This document shows positions 1 through 14,796 of a stretch of DNA of 64,000 nt, piece by piece. Numbering within the stretch: position 1 is the stretch's first letter; each line of letters starts with the position of its first letter. Made by a program: the position numbers and the translations under genes. The notes under the pieces were generated by a model. That model had not been told where the DNA came from and did not search any database. It was given only the letters and a program-made list of their open reading frames with translations. The DNA comes from a virus. The stretch lies in IMG/VR virus record IMGVR_UViG_3300045988_147738, positions 38,432 through 102,431 of that record; one strand, 5' to 3'.

Positions 1-3000
1 GAATACGATTAGAGCAAAAGAGAAATTATTTCTGATTATACTAAACGCGGATAGACACATTATGATAATGATGTAGAATAGATTACTTCTAAAGATCTAG
101 ACACTATTATTAATGCTAAATTACGTAATCCAAACTTAGAAATTGATTCTGATACATTAAAAGATTTAGGCTTAGATTAGAGTGTTATTGATTTAATTGA
201 TAATAATACTGAATTACAAGATGCTATTAAAGAATTGACTATATAGGCACAACGAATTGCTGACACAGAAACTAATGATATGTATAATAAAATGGTTTCT
301 GACGGGATTTTAGAAGATTTAAAAGAGGCAGGAGTTAGTGATGAATATGCCTCTGATATTGCTTATAAAATGGCTGAAGATGCAGCCCGTAATTCTAATG
401 CTATAGATTATACTGACTAGTCTGCTACCGCTTTTAATGTTTTAAATAATTCAAATGAAAATATTCAAGAGTTTTTAAAAGAAAGAGGATATACTTATAA
501 AGACAATAATTTTTGGGGTAATCTATCTAAATTATAGAATGATAAAACCATTGAAGTATATACAGATGAAGATTAGAAAGAGACTAAAAATATTTCTGTT
601 TCAGAATTACGAGCTTGGTTGGAAAATAAATTAGCAGCTGAAGATACTGTGGCTAATATTGATGATTATGTAGGAATAGAAGCCGACAGTAAAACAACTT
701 GGGAAAATGCTTCTAAAGCAAAAGAAACTTGGAATAAAAATCAATCAATTGTAAATGAATTTGAACAAATAAATCAACAGGGGACTCCAAACGAAGATTC
801 TTTTGATAATACAGAAGATTATCAAGCGGCCTATAATAATTATCAAGATTAGTTAAAAGAAAAAGCTCAAGCTATGTCAGATATGTTAAAATAGAATTCT
901 GAAGAATATGCTTCTATGTTTGACATGACTAAAGAAGGTTTCGAAGAATGGATTAGTGATAGTGACAATATTATTGAACATTATGATTTAATTAAGAAAG
1001 CAGTTGAAGGAGACGCTGAAGCTGTAAATGAATTACGAAAATTAACTGGTCTTAATATTGGTACTATTAAAGATATTTAGGATGCTTGGAATGATAACAG
1101 TAAAGAACTAGATAAATATATTGAAAAATTAGAAAAAAATCAAGATTTAACAGAAGCTGAATACGAATCTTTTGGAGATTTTTTAAATGCTAATTCTGAT
1201 AGTTTTGCTTCTTTAGCAGCAGTGAGTGAAGATACATTTGATAAAATGTTATCTCATAACAAAGATTTTATTAAAAAATCTGGTCCATTGATTCCTAAAA
1301 TGATGAAAGGCGATACTAAAGCTGTTCAACAATTTAGAGTAGAAGCATAGCGTCAAATTGTTTTAGATGTTAATAATACTTAGGCTAGAAAAGCAATGGC
1401 CCAATTAGAGGAATCTGCAGGTGCTGCTGCTGGGACCGTTGAATCAGATGTTCAAAATGCTTTTGATTATATTTCTAATTATATAGAAAACAATCCGATT
1501 GAAGTCGGAGCAGAGATTAATGATGCTGGATTTATTGATGCTTGTAATAAAATAATTGCAGCTAGTGGATGGACATCTGAACAAGCACAAAAAGAATTTG
1601 CTAAAATGGGATTTAATTTAGAATTAAATCCTGTTGAACCTCAAGTAACTAAAAAACATTTTGATACATTAGTAGCCACTAATGAAACTGATACCGTTGA
1701 TGGCACTCATCATGTTCCAGGCGGAGTTTTTATTAAATCTTTAGACGGAGAAGATGTAATCGAATATCCTGCAGCAGTTAAGGCTGTAACTGGTGGTGGC
1801 TTAGAAATGGGGGGTGAAGTCACTGGAGGCACAAAACCTTCTGGAGTCACTGGAGGAAATGGTGGCGGTGGTAGTAGTGGAGGGGGCGGTGGAAGCTCAT
1901 ATACTCCCCCTCCTAAAAAAGAATATAAAGATGAAATCGAGCGTTATCATGTAATTAAACAAAAAATTGAAGATTTAGAAGAAGTAATGGAGCATTTAGC
2001 AAAAGCTAAAGAGCGGGCATTTGGCACTTCTAAATTAGAATTAATGGATCAAGAAATTGAGAAATATGATGAAATGATTGATTTATAGAATCAATATCTT
2101 GATGAAATTAATAAATATTGGGATGAAGATAGAGCTTTAATTGCATCTTATGGGGCTGAATTTGATGAAACTGGTGCTATTACTAATTATGATGAAATTA
2201 TGAAGCGCCAGATTGATAAATACAATTCATCTATTGGTAAAAATGAAGATGCTGATAATGCAGCTGAAGAAGCTTATGACGATTTTATTGAAGCTTTAGA
2301 ATAGTATGAAGAAACTAATAATTTGCGTCAAGATGAATTGGAAAAATTATATGATCTACAAACTGAATTAGCTGATGTAATTTTTGAAAAGACTTAGTAT
2401 AAAATTGAAATTAAGATTGCTGTTAAAGATGATGAATTGGAATATCTTGATTATTTATTAAGTAAAATTGAAGATGATGCTTATTCTGCGGCTGAGGCTA
2501 TAGCTTTAATTGGTGATAAAACTTAGAATACTCTTGATAAAATTACTACTTATCAAAAAGGATTAATGAAATTATTAAATAATCATGGTATTGATTCAAT
2601 AGAAGAATTAGAGGGAATGTCTGAAGCTGATTTAAAAGCTAAAGGATTTACTACTAAAGAAATTGAGCAATTAAGAGACTGGCGTTCAGAATTATTATCT
2701 AGTAATCAAGAATTACTTGAAATGCGTAATACAATTCAAGAAAAAGTATTAGATAGTTTCAATCAATTCAGTGAAGATATCGAACATCAAATTGAATTAT
2801 TTGATCATTATCAAAATATTCTAGAAGGTGTTAAAGATATTACATCATTATTAGGAATGTAGTTGGGAGAATAGTCTAAAATAGTAATTCGCAATTTAAA
2901 TCGTTCATTAATGAATAATAGTATTAATAACTTAGCTGGGACTAAAAAAGAATTAGAAGCATTGAAATAGATGCGCGCAGACGCTTAGGCTGAGCGTGAT

Positions 3001-4749
3001 AAAGTGGCAGCTAACGGAGATGAACAAGCTATTAAGAAATGGGATAAAACCTTACAAGAAATTGATGATAAAATTAATGGTGCAGAAGAAAGCTTTTTAG
3101 ATAGTTGGCAAGAAGCATTATAGAGAGCAAAAGATATCTTTGATGAAGAAATGAATAATATTATTCAAGAATTTGAAAAAGGAATTGCTCCTATTCAAGG
3201 CACCATTGATGCATTACAAGAAGCCATTGACCAAGCTAATGAAATTGATGCACAATATTTAAGTGATACTGATAAAACTTATGAATTAAATAAATTAAGA
3301 CGTTAGATTGAAGGTTCTATAGAAGATACTGATATTATCGCCCATAAACAAGCATTGAATAAATTACAAGATGAGTTAAATAAAAAATTAAAAGATGGTT
3401 CTTAGATTAGTGAATATGATTTGAAAATTTTACAATCTAAATATGAATTAGAATTAGCACGTCAAAAATTAGAAGATACTCAAAATAATAGTGAAGTTGT
3501 ACGCTTGACTCGTGATAATAATGGTAATTGGGGATATGTATATAGTGCCGATGAAGATAAAATTGCTGAAGCCGAATAGGCCTATGAAGATAAATTAAAT
3601 GCTTACCAAAAAGCAAATGAAGAATATTTAAAAACTCTTGAAAACAATATTCTCCAAGTGTAGGCGGACTATAAAGAAAAACTTAAAGAAATAGAGTTAG
3701 GATTGGCTGACGGAGAAATAACAAAAGAAGAAGCTGAAGCTAGAATTGCTAATTTGAACGATTGGTATTTAAATAAGATGCAATATCTTGAAGGCGAATA
3801 TAAAAAGTTATTTGAAAATAGTCAAGACGCAACAGAAAAATTCACTTCATATTATTAGACTAATACTGATAATATTAAAAATACATTTGAGAAAACTACT
3901 TTAGCTATTAAAGGTGGATATGAATCATTAGACGCAATGTTCAAACGATTCTGGGAAAGTCATGACAATGTATTAGATAATTCAATGAAACTATTAGATG
4001 ATCTCAGTAAAAAATAGGATGAAATAAATCAAACTGCTGGTATTGAAGGTAGTTTTGCTAATGAGGCCTCTGGTTGGTCTATTAAGATTACTGGTGATTC
4101 TGATAAGGCATTAGCTGATATGGATGGAATAGTTAAGAACGCTACCGATTCCTTCAAAGACGTTATTGAAGCAGCAGGTAAATGGGAAAAAATTTATAGT
4201 GAAAAAATTAATAGTGCCATTGATCGGAATGAAGCTCTCGTGATTAGTCTTAATAAAATGGTTGCATTATTATCTGGAATAGATAGCATCGATTATAGTA
4301 AGTATGGAAAGAAAATAGATTCTCGCGCTACCGCGACGGATAATAATATAATTAGCACTCAACATAATTCTAAAAGCTTTAACAGTACTGATTATATTGC
4401 AGAACAATCTTTCCCCTTAACTTATGATATATTTGATAGATTAGATATGAGTAAATAGATAGATGAATGGATGTAGAGTAATGAATTAACAATTGATACT
4501 GCATTAATTGATAGTTTAGATGTATCAAGTATTTTACAAAGTATAGGATTAAATGTTTAGACTATTGTAAATTATTTATCTAATTTAACTCCTTCTTCTC
4601 TTGGTATTGATAGAATTGCACAAGAATTGATGCAGCAAGTCTCTATTAATGCTGATTTCCCAAATGTGACTGATAGTAATGAAATTATGGAAGCATTTGA
4701 AATGATGGAGAATGAAGCAAGTCAATACGCTAGTCGAAAGACTATTTAA
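1..4749 (+). CDS. Tail tape measure protein, 5'-truncated at the window edge. Frame 1 is open from nt 1 to the TAA at 4747-4749, reading through dozens of in-frame TAG codons. At least 1583 aa.
   Basis: Frame 1 was hand-checked over 1-4749 and contains only TAG triplets, no TAA or TGA. Composition is long, helical and rich in E/K/Q/L, with a Gly-rich linker (GGGLEMGGEVTGGTKPSGVTGGNGGGGSSGGGGG) around 1790-1915. A hairpin terminator follows directly. The four frame-1 ORF-track fragments (619, 1396, 2566, 4120) are all pieces of this one frame. Confidence 0.8.
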
Positions 4750-4756
4750 TTTAAAT

Positions 4757-4789
4757 GGCGAGGTTTAATTACCTCGCCATTTTTTTATT
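4757..4789 (+). terminator. Rho-independent terminator after the tape measure gene
   Basis: Stem GGCGAGGT, loop TTAATT, stem ACCTCGCC, followed by ATTTTTTTATT. Confidence 0.7.
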
Positions 4790-4861
4790 GGTCAAATATA
4801 AATAATAAAATAAGATTTTTTCTTAAAAATTATTAGAATATGAGAAAAAGGAGAGCAAATT

Positions 4862-7669
4862 ATGTCTAATGAATTAAATGAAAAAATATTCCGATCAGTA
4901 GACACAATTGTATCTGCTCGATTATAGAATTTACCATTTGACTAGACAATAATCGGTGTGGTAGAAAGTGTACCTGAAAAATCAGGAGCGCAAAAATACA
5001 TAGTAAATTATAAAGGTGCAAAATTAACAGTATTTGTAAATGATACCGATAAAAAATATGCAATAAATGAAGAAGTATATGTATTAATTCCTGGTGGAGA
5101 TTTTTCAGCTAAAAAACTTATTACAGGTAGAGTTATAAGTGATTATTAGGCTGATGAAAAAAGAAATGAAAATAATTATCTGCCATCATTTAGCCATTGG
5201 GTTTCGTCTGAGCAAGAATATAGTTTAATTGTTGAAAATAGTAATTCAGAATCAACAAAATTAATTTATGAAGTTGCATTAAATGATTCTCCTATTATTG
5301 GTTATACAACCTTATAGTTAGCTTATAATATTGCCGCGGATTTATACAATAATGAAAAAATTGTTGATTAGGGAATATATGGAGTAAGAGTTATTTTAAC
5401 AGCAATTGATTAGAATACTGTTAATACTAATGATAATAATTTAAAACAAGACTTAATATATAATATGACTTGTGATAATATGTTATTAATGAATAAATAT
5501 CGTTCAGGTGGATATACGGCACAAAATTTCAATATTACGATTACTGATAAAATTATTACTAATATAAAAATTATTGCATACCACAATGGAAAATTTTATG
5601 ACAGTGATAATAATAAAATTACTCAAAAAGATGATTTATATGTTAAATTAAAAAATTTCACATTAACTACTGGGTATTTAAAAAAGGATTTAGACAATGA
5701 CAGTAATAGTGATATTGCAATTTATTTTTATTCTCTTAATGGTATATAGTATAAAAGTAATACTAATGAATTAAATGTTACAACAGCATTTCGTCCAGTA
5801 AATAAAGTTACTGGTACTATTATTACCTATCCTATTACTAATATTTAGTTATATAGATATAATGACAGCAATACTATCAATACGTCAGGAGTTGGAATAG
5901 GCTGGGATTTGATTAATAATGTAATTTAGAAAGACACTACATTAAGTTTTAAATTGCAATCTGGCGATTAGATTACAAAAGCGATTTATTGTGTTAAAAT
6001 TAGTTTTAATGTTAATAATATACCAAATGTTTATGCCGTTTCAAATAAATTAACATTTACTAATTAGACTTCTAATGAAAATATTTCATTATTAGCGGGA
6101 ATTACATTAACTCCTAATAATAATAGTAATGTTTTCTACTCTTATGGACAAGACAATTAGTTATTAGCTCGATCTGATAGCGAAAAACTATAGAGAATTG
6201 CTGTATCATTTTCGTCAAAAGATACAGCTGGAAATACTACATTAGTCCCAGGAGTCAATTTAACTTATTATTTACCAGTAAAGAATACTATGATTTTACC
6301 TGTTGATTCTAGACGAGAAATTAATAAAAAAAATCAATAGGAGTATTATACATTTAATAAAAAATTAACAAGCGATGATTTACAATCAAATATTTTTTAC
6401 ATCCCATTTAAAATTGCTAATTTATATAATCCATTATTTAAAAATAATACAATTATTTGTGATGTAGAAATTAATGATTAGACTTATACTCAAAACTTAG
6501 ATTTATTGTTCGGTGTTAGTGGTTCTTCAGGTGCTAATTATGTTTTATAGTTAGAATTATAGGATAGTGCTTCTAATTAGAAGGTAAAATCTATTTTTTA
6601 TAAAGCAACTAATTAGCCCGTGTATAAAATTTAGTATTATTTATATGATTATGCTTGGAATTCAATTCCTAATAATAATTTAAAAAATATTTCATTTACA
6701 TGGTATAATTCAGCATTAAACAATAATTCTAAAATAAAATTAGATAATAAAACGGGAGTTATTACTTTATTACAAGATTTAGTCGCAGAAGATGGAATTG
6801 CTTCTAAATTAATAGTTTAGATGACTGGCACTTATCAAGGAATTGAATTAAAAGGATATATCACAATACCAGTAAGTTTTAATCCTTTATGTGCTTGTAT
6901 TGATGGCTGTTCTATTATTACATATGATATAACAGGTAAAAAACCAATTTATGAAAAAACTCCTTATAGATTATATCAATATTCTGATTCGTTAGATTTA
7001 TAGGTTATAGATGATATAGAGTGGAATTTAATAGATGAAAGTGGATTATTAAAATTTAATTCTATTGATCCTAATGGGCCTAACTCTAAAATTAAAATTA
7101 TTACTCCACCAACAATTTATTCCCCACAAAATAAATCTTCATATATAACGGCTAGTCTAAATAGTTCAATTGTTTGGATATAGCCAATTTTAATGATAAA
7201 TAATACTTATCCAACAGCTATGTGGAATGATATGCGTGGAAATGAAATTAATTTTAATAACAATGAACTTCAATTATTTTCTGCAACTGTTGGACAATTA
7301 GATGCTAAACAAGCAAATGGAGTATTAATGGGGACTTTCATTAATAATAATAATAAAAAACAAGAATATGGGTTATATGCTTTTAGTGATAAAAATATTG
7401 TATTTAAAATTACAGATAATGGTGAGGCTTATATTTAGTAGTCTGAAAAAGCATATTGTTTATCAAATAAAGATGAAAATAGTACTCCATATTCAGTAGG
7501 TAGCAAAACTTAGCCTGTATATTTTGATTAGGGAGTTCCTAAATAGATAGATATTAATTTAACAAATATTAATAATAAAATTTTAACATTAGAAAATACT
7601 ATAAGTAATTTGCAATAGACTATTTAGAGTTTAACAAATAGAATTATAGCATTGGAGAAAAAAAAATGA
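4862..7669 (+). CDS. Large tail structural protein, 935 aa. By position it is a distal-tail or baseplate candidate. Read through many TAGs, ends in TGA.
   Basis: GGAG RBS sits 8 nt before the ATG at 4862. Frame 2 was hand-checked as open, apart from TAGs, through ORF-track fragments 4958, 5465, 6821 and 7193 to the TGA at 7667-7669. The C-terminal end is a coiled coil (LTLENTISNLQQTIQSLTNRIIALEKKK). It lies immediately downstream of the tape measure gene. Confidence 0.6.
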
Positions 7670-7689
7670 GAGTAAAAGGAGAATGATGT

Positions 7690-10600
7690 ATGCCTACAAG
7701 ATTATATCCTCCTCAAATAGCAGGAACATTACCGGCATTTTATAAATCTTATGATAGTGCTACTGGAGTGTTAAAGGAAAGTTCAATCACTATCCCATTT
7801 ACTTCAAGCGCGCTAGTTAGTTCGGCGGATTTTATAGGTTTTTACTTACGTTTGAAAACCTCTTCTACAAATACATATTTATTTCCGCCAATATATTCAA
7901 AAAATTATGATAGTAAAAATTCTACGGTTACATTCACATTAACCGCAGATTAGAGCGCGTTACTAAATGAAGGACAATATTACAAGATCCAAATAGCTTA
8001 TGTGTCTCAATATGTTGAGAGTGAAACTACTGATATTGACGATGATGGAAATATAATTACCAATAGTGTAATGAAAAAATTAACTGGCTATTATTCTACT
8101 ATTGGAATTATAAAATGTGTTCAAGAGCCTAAAGTTTCTATTTAGGGTTATTCAATAGATAGTATTAATTTATTTAATAATGAATTATTTGGTGTTTATG
8201 AGTTATCTTCAAATTTAGATTAGACTGAAAAAGTTTATTCTTATAATTTTTCATTCTATTTAGAAGATGGGGATTTATATTACTCCACTGGAGAGCTATT
8301 GCATAACAATGCTAACGATAATGAATATGGTTTATCTATTGATTCAGTAGTTTTAAGTAGTTTTATAAAAACTAGTGAAATATATAAATTAATTTATACA
8401 GTTACTACAATTAATGGATTGGTAGTGTCTAGTCCGACTTATAGAGTAACTGCGGAAACATTATTAGCTCCTAGTAAAAATTTAAATATTTTACCAAGAG
8501 CGGATTCAGAAACTGGTAGTATTAAAATTAATTTTAAAGGTTTAGAAAAAACTGTTAAAATTGAAAATACAATTAAGGAATTAAAACGCAAGGAAGTATA
8601 TTATAATTATAGTAAATCATTAATTTCTTAGATTAAATAGAAAATCAATCCTGACTATGAATATTAGGGAGAATAGATAACTAATTTAGAATATTTATTA
8701 AAGATAAGTTCAAATGATGGAATGACTCGATTTTTTGTCGCATTACAAAAATTATTAAGAGATAATGCAGGATTAATAAGTGAACTCTGTGGAGTTTCTC
8801 CTGGTTTGTTAATGTCATTAGTTGATATATCAGCAGACTATACTAAAGTGTTAAGTCAATATATTATATCAATTACAAAACCTACAATGGTTGAAAAAGA
8901 TTTTTAGAAGATTAATGATCAATTTTTAAAGAATACTACAAATTATATTCTTACTACAACAGGAGACTATAAAAATTTAAATACAATATTATAGGTTCGC
9001 TTAAACTCTTATGTAGGATATTTATTTAGTAGTATTGCTACTGATGAAACAGATTTTGATAGAATAGTAACAGATTAGAATTTAATTAATTTGGCTCAAA
9101 GTGTTATTACATTAGCTGGATTATCTGAAGAATTGGCTATAGAATATATGAGTATTTTAGGGTATGCGGCTAGTATTGTTGCCACTGAAGAAAAATCTGA
9201 AGATACTTATTTTGGACAATATATTCTTGTGCGCGCGAGTGAAGAAGATGATTATCGCTCTTGGTTAGAATTAAAACGTTTTAAATTAGAAAATATACGA
9301 CCTTCTGCAATTAATTATGTTGATTATACAGTAAAACAAGGCGTTAAATATATATATGGGATTATTCAATATAATTTATTTGGTATTTATTCTGCGAGAA
9401 TTGAGAGTGAGCCAATTTCTGTTGATTTTGAAGATATTTTTCTATATGATGGAGAACGTGTGTTAAAAATAAAGTTTAACCCTAAGGTATCTTCATTTAA
9501 ATCTACCATTTTAGAATAGAAGACAAATACGATTGGAAATAAATATCCATTTATTTTTAGAAATGGAAATGTGAATTATAAAGAATTTCCAATTAGCGGA
9601 TTAATTTCCTATTAGATGGATAATGAATTATTATTTTATAATCGTGAAATTGAAGAATATATTCGTAATTATACTTTTGATTTTAAATCGTTGGAACTAA
9701 AAGAACGTATTGAAAAACAAAAAGAATTTCTTAATAAAATGGATTAGATTTTAATAAATCCTTGTGATTTAGTAGAAGAGAATATCCATAAGGAAAGAGA
9801 TTTTAAAATTGAAGTATTAAATTGGTTAAATAACGGTAAACCTAAATTATTTAAATCAGGGCCTGAAGGCAATTTTATCGTTCGTATTATGAATGTATCA
9901 TTATCTCCTACTGACAGTTTAGGCCGTATGTTACATTCATTTACTGGTCAGTGTGCGGAAATAGCTGAGTTTAATTATAATAATTTATTACGTTATGGAT
10001 TTATTAAAGCAGATATTGTTAGTAAATATGTTTCTTTATGGAAAACTTATTATTTAAATGAATATAAGCCTGGTAAAGATATCGAATTATTATTTGACTC
10101 AGGTATTAATTATTTTGCTGTAGAAGATTTAAAACCTGGTAGTAGTATATTTTTAACTTATGGAGATACAATCGATCGGACTGAAGATGAAATCATAATA
10201 GGTATTACTGGAGCCTATCGGTATGAAAATTCTTCACGAATTATTTCAAAAATTAGAATACCTAATAGTATATATAATCATCCAATAGGAATATTAGAGT
10301 GCCAATATCAAGGTTTAAGATATTCTGATTTTGATGCAATTACTTCAGTTAATTTAAAAACTATAGTAAGTAATCAATATGTTGGTGTTGATCCAATATT
10401 AGAAAATATTAAAGCATTTACTACCGATCCCTCTGATTATGCTAAACAATTATTTATAAAAGCTTTAAAAGCTTTAAATGATCGAATTTTATTAAATGAT
10501 AATTTATCCTATTCAGACTTGCGAGAAAAACTGGTTGAACGAGGATTTGAACCAGGAGATATTGTTTAGCATATTAATTCATCATTTTATAACTATGAGA

Positions 10601-13600
10601 AAGACAAAGTTAAAATATTGAATTTAGAATAGTTAAAAATTAGAGTTAGAGAATTAATTCCTATTTATGCAGTTCCTTATGATTATATTACTCAAGAAGG
10701 ATGGGATAAATTACCAGACTCCGTTGTTTATTGGAATTCTAATGGTATGACTACGAGTTGTTATAAGGATAAAAAAGAAAAAAGATTTAGTCGTAGTGAT
10801 TATGAAAATTTATTTCCTAGTTAGAATTTATTATATTCAGTAACACCTTTTGGTAAACCTTATCCTATTGATGCATTAACTCCATTAGTCAAAGATTATT
10901 TTGATATTAATGATGAATTTTGTGTATTTTAGATGTTTGAATATTCAAAAGAATATCAAACTTGGATGCCGACTTGTCGAAATAATGTTTTTAATATTGC
11001 TACTGGACAATATTATGATTGTTATTGGCAATCTGTTCTTAAAGAGTATGATACATCATATTATATTGGAGAAAAATATCGTTATGAATAGATAGTCGAT
11101 ATCCAACGGGATGAAGAAACACAACGATATTATATTATAATTCAAAATAAAAAATATTATTTATCAGATGAATTTAATTTGTATGTTGAAATAAACGGAG
11201 AGTATAAATTATTAAAAGAAGTATATTTATTCCCAACTGATGAAGATGGATATTATACTATTATTACTAATAATGATTCTCGTATCCAAGATAATAGTTA
11301 TTTAAATGAAGCTGTTCGTTGGAAAAATAAAGATGATTATAACCCTGTTCCTGGGTATAATTTAACTACTAGAACTATTGATGAAAATAATATTGCTAAA
11401 TCAATAGTAAAAGCTTCTGAAATTAAACCATTTTATTTGAGAATAGATAATGCGATTCAATTAAATCAAGGAGATACATAGTATTATACAAATTTAGGTT
11501 CTCCAAAAGTAATAAAAATTGGAACTGGATTAATCGCTGAAGCTACATTTTAGTTAGAAGTATTAGACTATTTTACAGAAAAGAATGATGATAGTACATT
11601 TTTAGCTAAAAATAGATATTTAGAGCGATCTGAAATCTTAAAGAATTTTTATCGAAATTATGAAATTTTAGGAGATGCTGATAATAATTTTTAGAGATTT
11701 TTAACATTGAGTCGTTTTTATAATACGTTATTAAAAGGATTAACTGATAGCAATAATACTCCTTATGAAGATAAAAATACATATTAGTCTAATTTAAATT
11801 CACCATTGAATTATCAGGATAGAACTATTGTAAATGAAATTTTAAATACCGATAAAGACATAGATTTAAAAAATACTGAAATTGCTGATTTATGGACAGC
11901 AGATAATTCTTCACCTGAAAAGAAAAATAAAATCAAGAATGATATTAAAACTACGATAAATAAAATGCAAATAAATAAACGTATGAAAGAAGAATTAGTT
12001 TTACAAGATACTGAAGAAAATGATTTATTTGATTTAATTAAAAATCCTACTAAAGAAGGTATAAATGATAAATTAGCTAAATTAAATGAACTATATGAAT
12101 TATTAAGTTCTAATAAAAATACTACTATTATAAATAACTAGAATATAGCTTCTGATTATGCTTAGAAATTAAAAAATATAGATTTTGCAGTTAATTCTTA
12201 TAATAATGCAATCTATAATTATAAAGCTCATTTATGGTTGTATTGTTTAATTTATCAAAAAATTGCTAAATTAATATATATTGATACAGATAATTATGAT
12301 GAAAAATTATTAACTGAAGATACATTAGATAAAATGGAAGCTAACATTTCAATTTCTAACATTTTAGCTGAAATAAAAAATCATTATAATAAAATAATAG
12401 AAAATAAAAGTGAGAATGCATCTAATGAAGCAGAATTAATAAAATAGAAAAACTATTATTTAAATGCTTATGGAAGTATTTAGAAAAATTATTCTGAAAT
12501 TTTTACTTATAAATCAATTATAAATGAAAAAGAAGGAGATACTGCATTAGATGAATTATTAATAAAACAATTAATGAATTGTTTATTAGATATTTTTTAT
12601 CAATATTCTGTAATGATATAGGCTCGTAAAAATATAAATGAATTATTGAATGGTAAGGCTTAGGATGAAGATACAGATATATTTAAAAAATATATTGGAA
12701 TTAATGAAAATGCTGATTTGGCTCTCAGTAAAGTTAAACAAAAAATTAATACTTTAAAAATTGAAGTCATTAATAATAAAGACAATTTAACATTAGCAGA
12801 TTTATTTTCATAGTATAATTTTTCTAAAGATAATGTTTCTTATTTTAATTCATTAAATTAGAAATTAACTTATTCTAAAAATAATGTTTTAGGATTTTTA
12901 GATAGTCATGCCACTCAAGTAAAAGAATATGTCCAAAAAATTGATTATATGGAGTATATTTATAAAGGTGGTAAAGCTTTAGAATGGTAGCATTATAATT
13001 ATTCTCATTTTATTGGATTTGATAGATTGCCATATCAATTATGGGATTTAAATTCAAAAGATATAGATATAAAAAATTACACTTATGAAATTGAATTTAG
13101 ATCAAGAATTTTAAAATCATTTAGTTATTGGAAAGATAATAATTTTGGAGAAGAAGCTCCTGCTTATATATCTACTATGAGTTCAAATCAATAGAATGAA
13201 ATACGCAGTCAAGTTAATCGTAAAATTATTTTAGATATTAGTGAAGATAATATTAATACTGATGATTTAGATATTTATACAAGTTTTGAATTTGATGGAT
13301 AGATGGACTCAGCTGAATAGAAAGCTATTCAAAAAATTAAAATTCAAAAATTGTTAAGTATTATTGAGACATTTAAAGAGGCAACAGATTATCGTAGTGT
13401 ATTAGATAGTTTAAGTGATTTAATTTCATATATGAATAAAAATACGAATGGGCTTGGAGAAACTTGTTTTAAAACATTATATGGAGTTTCTGGCGATAAA
13501 GATTTAATTACAATACTTACAAATTATAATTAGACTATAAATTCTATTCAAGATGAATTAATAAAAAGTAATGAATTAGATACTTAGTTTATTAAAATTG

Positions 13601-14796
13601 GACAAATTAGTAAAACTGATTTTGATTTTTTCAATCCTTCTAAAGTTTACTATATTTTAAAAGATGATAATTATTAGTTATAGACTGTTTATTCAAATAC
13701 TGCTATTTATTATTTAAAATTAAAAGATTATTTAGTAAAAACTCATTTTGAATATTATAATGCATTAATGGTAGCAAAAGATTATTAGAATATTACAACT
13801 GAATTGATTTATAGTGTTTTAAATTCTTAGAATACTAAAAAAGCAGAATTTGAATTAGGAAAAATGCAATTATATAATTCAAATGGTTTTGTTCCTACTG
13901 TTATCACTAAAGAAAATTATCAAGAGTGTAATAATTTTGTTTATAATAATGTTACGAAATTTGAACGACAAACATTTGATTCAGCTATTAGTTATGATAA
14001 AAAGTCCAAAGATACATTCTTAGCGAAAAATATCACTGGTGGAGATAATGCATTATCAAGTCATAATAATTCAATTAATGCAATTTTAACTAATTATAAT
14101 AATTTAATAAAGAAAAATGGTATCGTAAATAAATTATATTCAACTTATTCAAAATTAGGCAATACCCCTATTGTTTTTACAGATGAGGGAAATAATGCTC
14201 TTAATGCATTAGATTTGTCTAAAATAAATATAAGTATATTAACTGCATCAGATACAACAGCAGTAGGAAAATTTAAACATCTATTATTAATTAAATATTT
14301 ATCTAAATTTATTAATTTGTTCTATTGGTGCAACACTTAGTTGTTTGTTGAATATGATTTAAATATTCGCTTAGCTGAATTATATACTAATTTACCAAAA
14401 CCATGGTCTGAAGCTTCTGAGAACTATCCTTCTATAACTGCTCATGGTATTGTATATTGGTATTTAGAATATGTTTTAAATAAAGCTATAAATGATTATA
14501 ATGATGCATTGGAATAGGCGGAATTATTAAATATTTTTTATACAAACAAATAGACAAACTATAAAGAGAAATAGGCATTATATGAGGCTAAATATAAAGA
14601 ATATTTATAGATTTTTACAGCATTTATGGCTCCTGAATATAAGGAATATTGGAAATATTATAACTCATCTGATATATTTAATAAAAATGAACAAATGAAA
14701 AAGTTAATTGAAGAAGTCAAAAATCTATGGTATGATTTTATTTTAACTCTTGATAAAGGGTTCAAAAAAGAGATAGAGGCGGGTATGTACCAATGA
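7690..14796 (+). CDS. Giant tail or baseplate structural protein, 2368 aa. It is a single frame-1 ORF spanning eleven ORF-track fragments.
   Basis: AAAGGAG RBS, then ATG at 7690. Frame 1 was hand-verified between every fragment (7953-8299, 8631-8722, 8907-9091, 9519-9889, 10569-11179, 11481-11806, 12141-12238, 12447-13351, 13533-13864, 14340-14796). It contains only TAG triplets until the TGA at 14794-14796. No RBS or start follows any internal TAG. Confidence 0.6.

Noticed and set aside
4866-5063. Antisense or overlapping small ORFs: 4866-5063(-), 18252-18617(-), 22687-22875(-), 26907-27170(-), 27593-27796(-), 29684-29869(-), 30789-31004(-), 34716-34916(-), 41173-41434(-), 10901-11095(+), 18946-19131(+), 31951-32154(+), 35456-35680(+), 44247-44468(+), 44793-45017(+), 45129-45380(+), 47309-47509(-), 49424-49606(+), 51604-51954(+), 53761-53943(+), 55149-55438, 56750-56935(+), 63144-63383(-), 63220-63435(+)
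   Set aside because: They lie wholly inside longer, motif-bearing genes on the other strand or frame. They are low-complexity (I/L/F/K-rich) as expected from AT-rich antisense sequence, and they lack an RBS.
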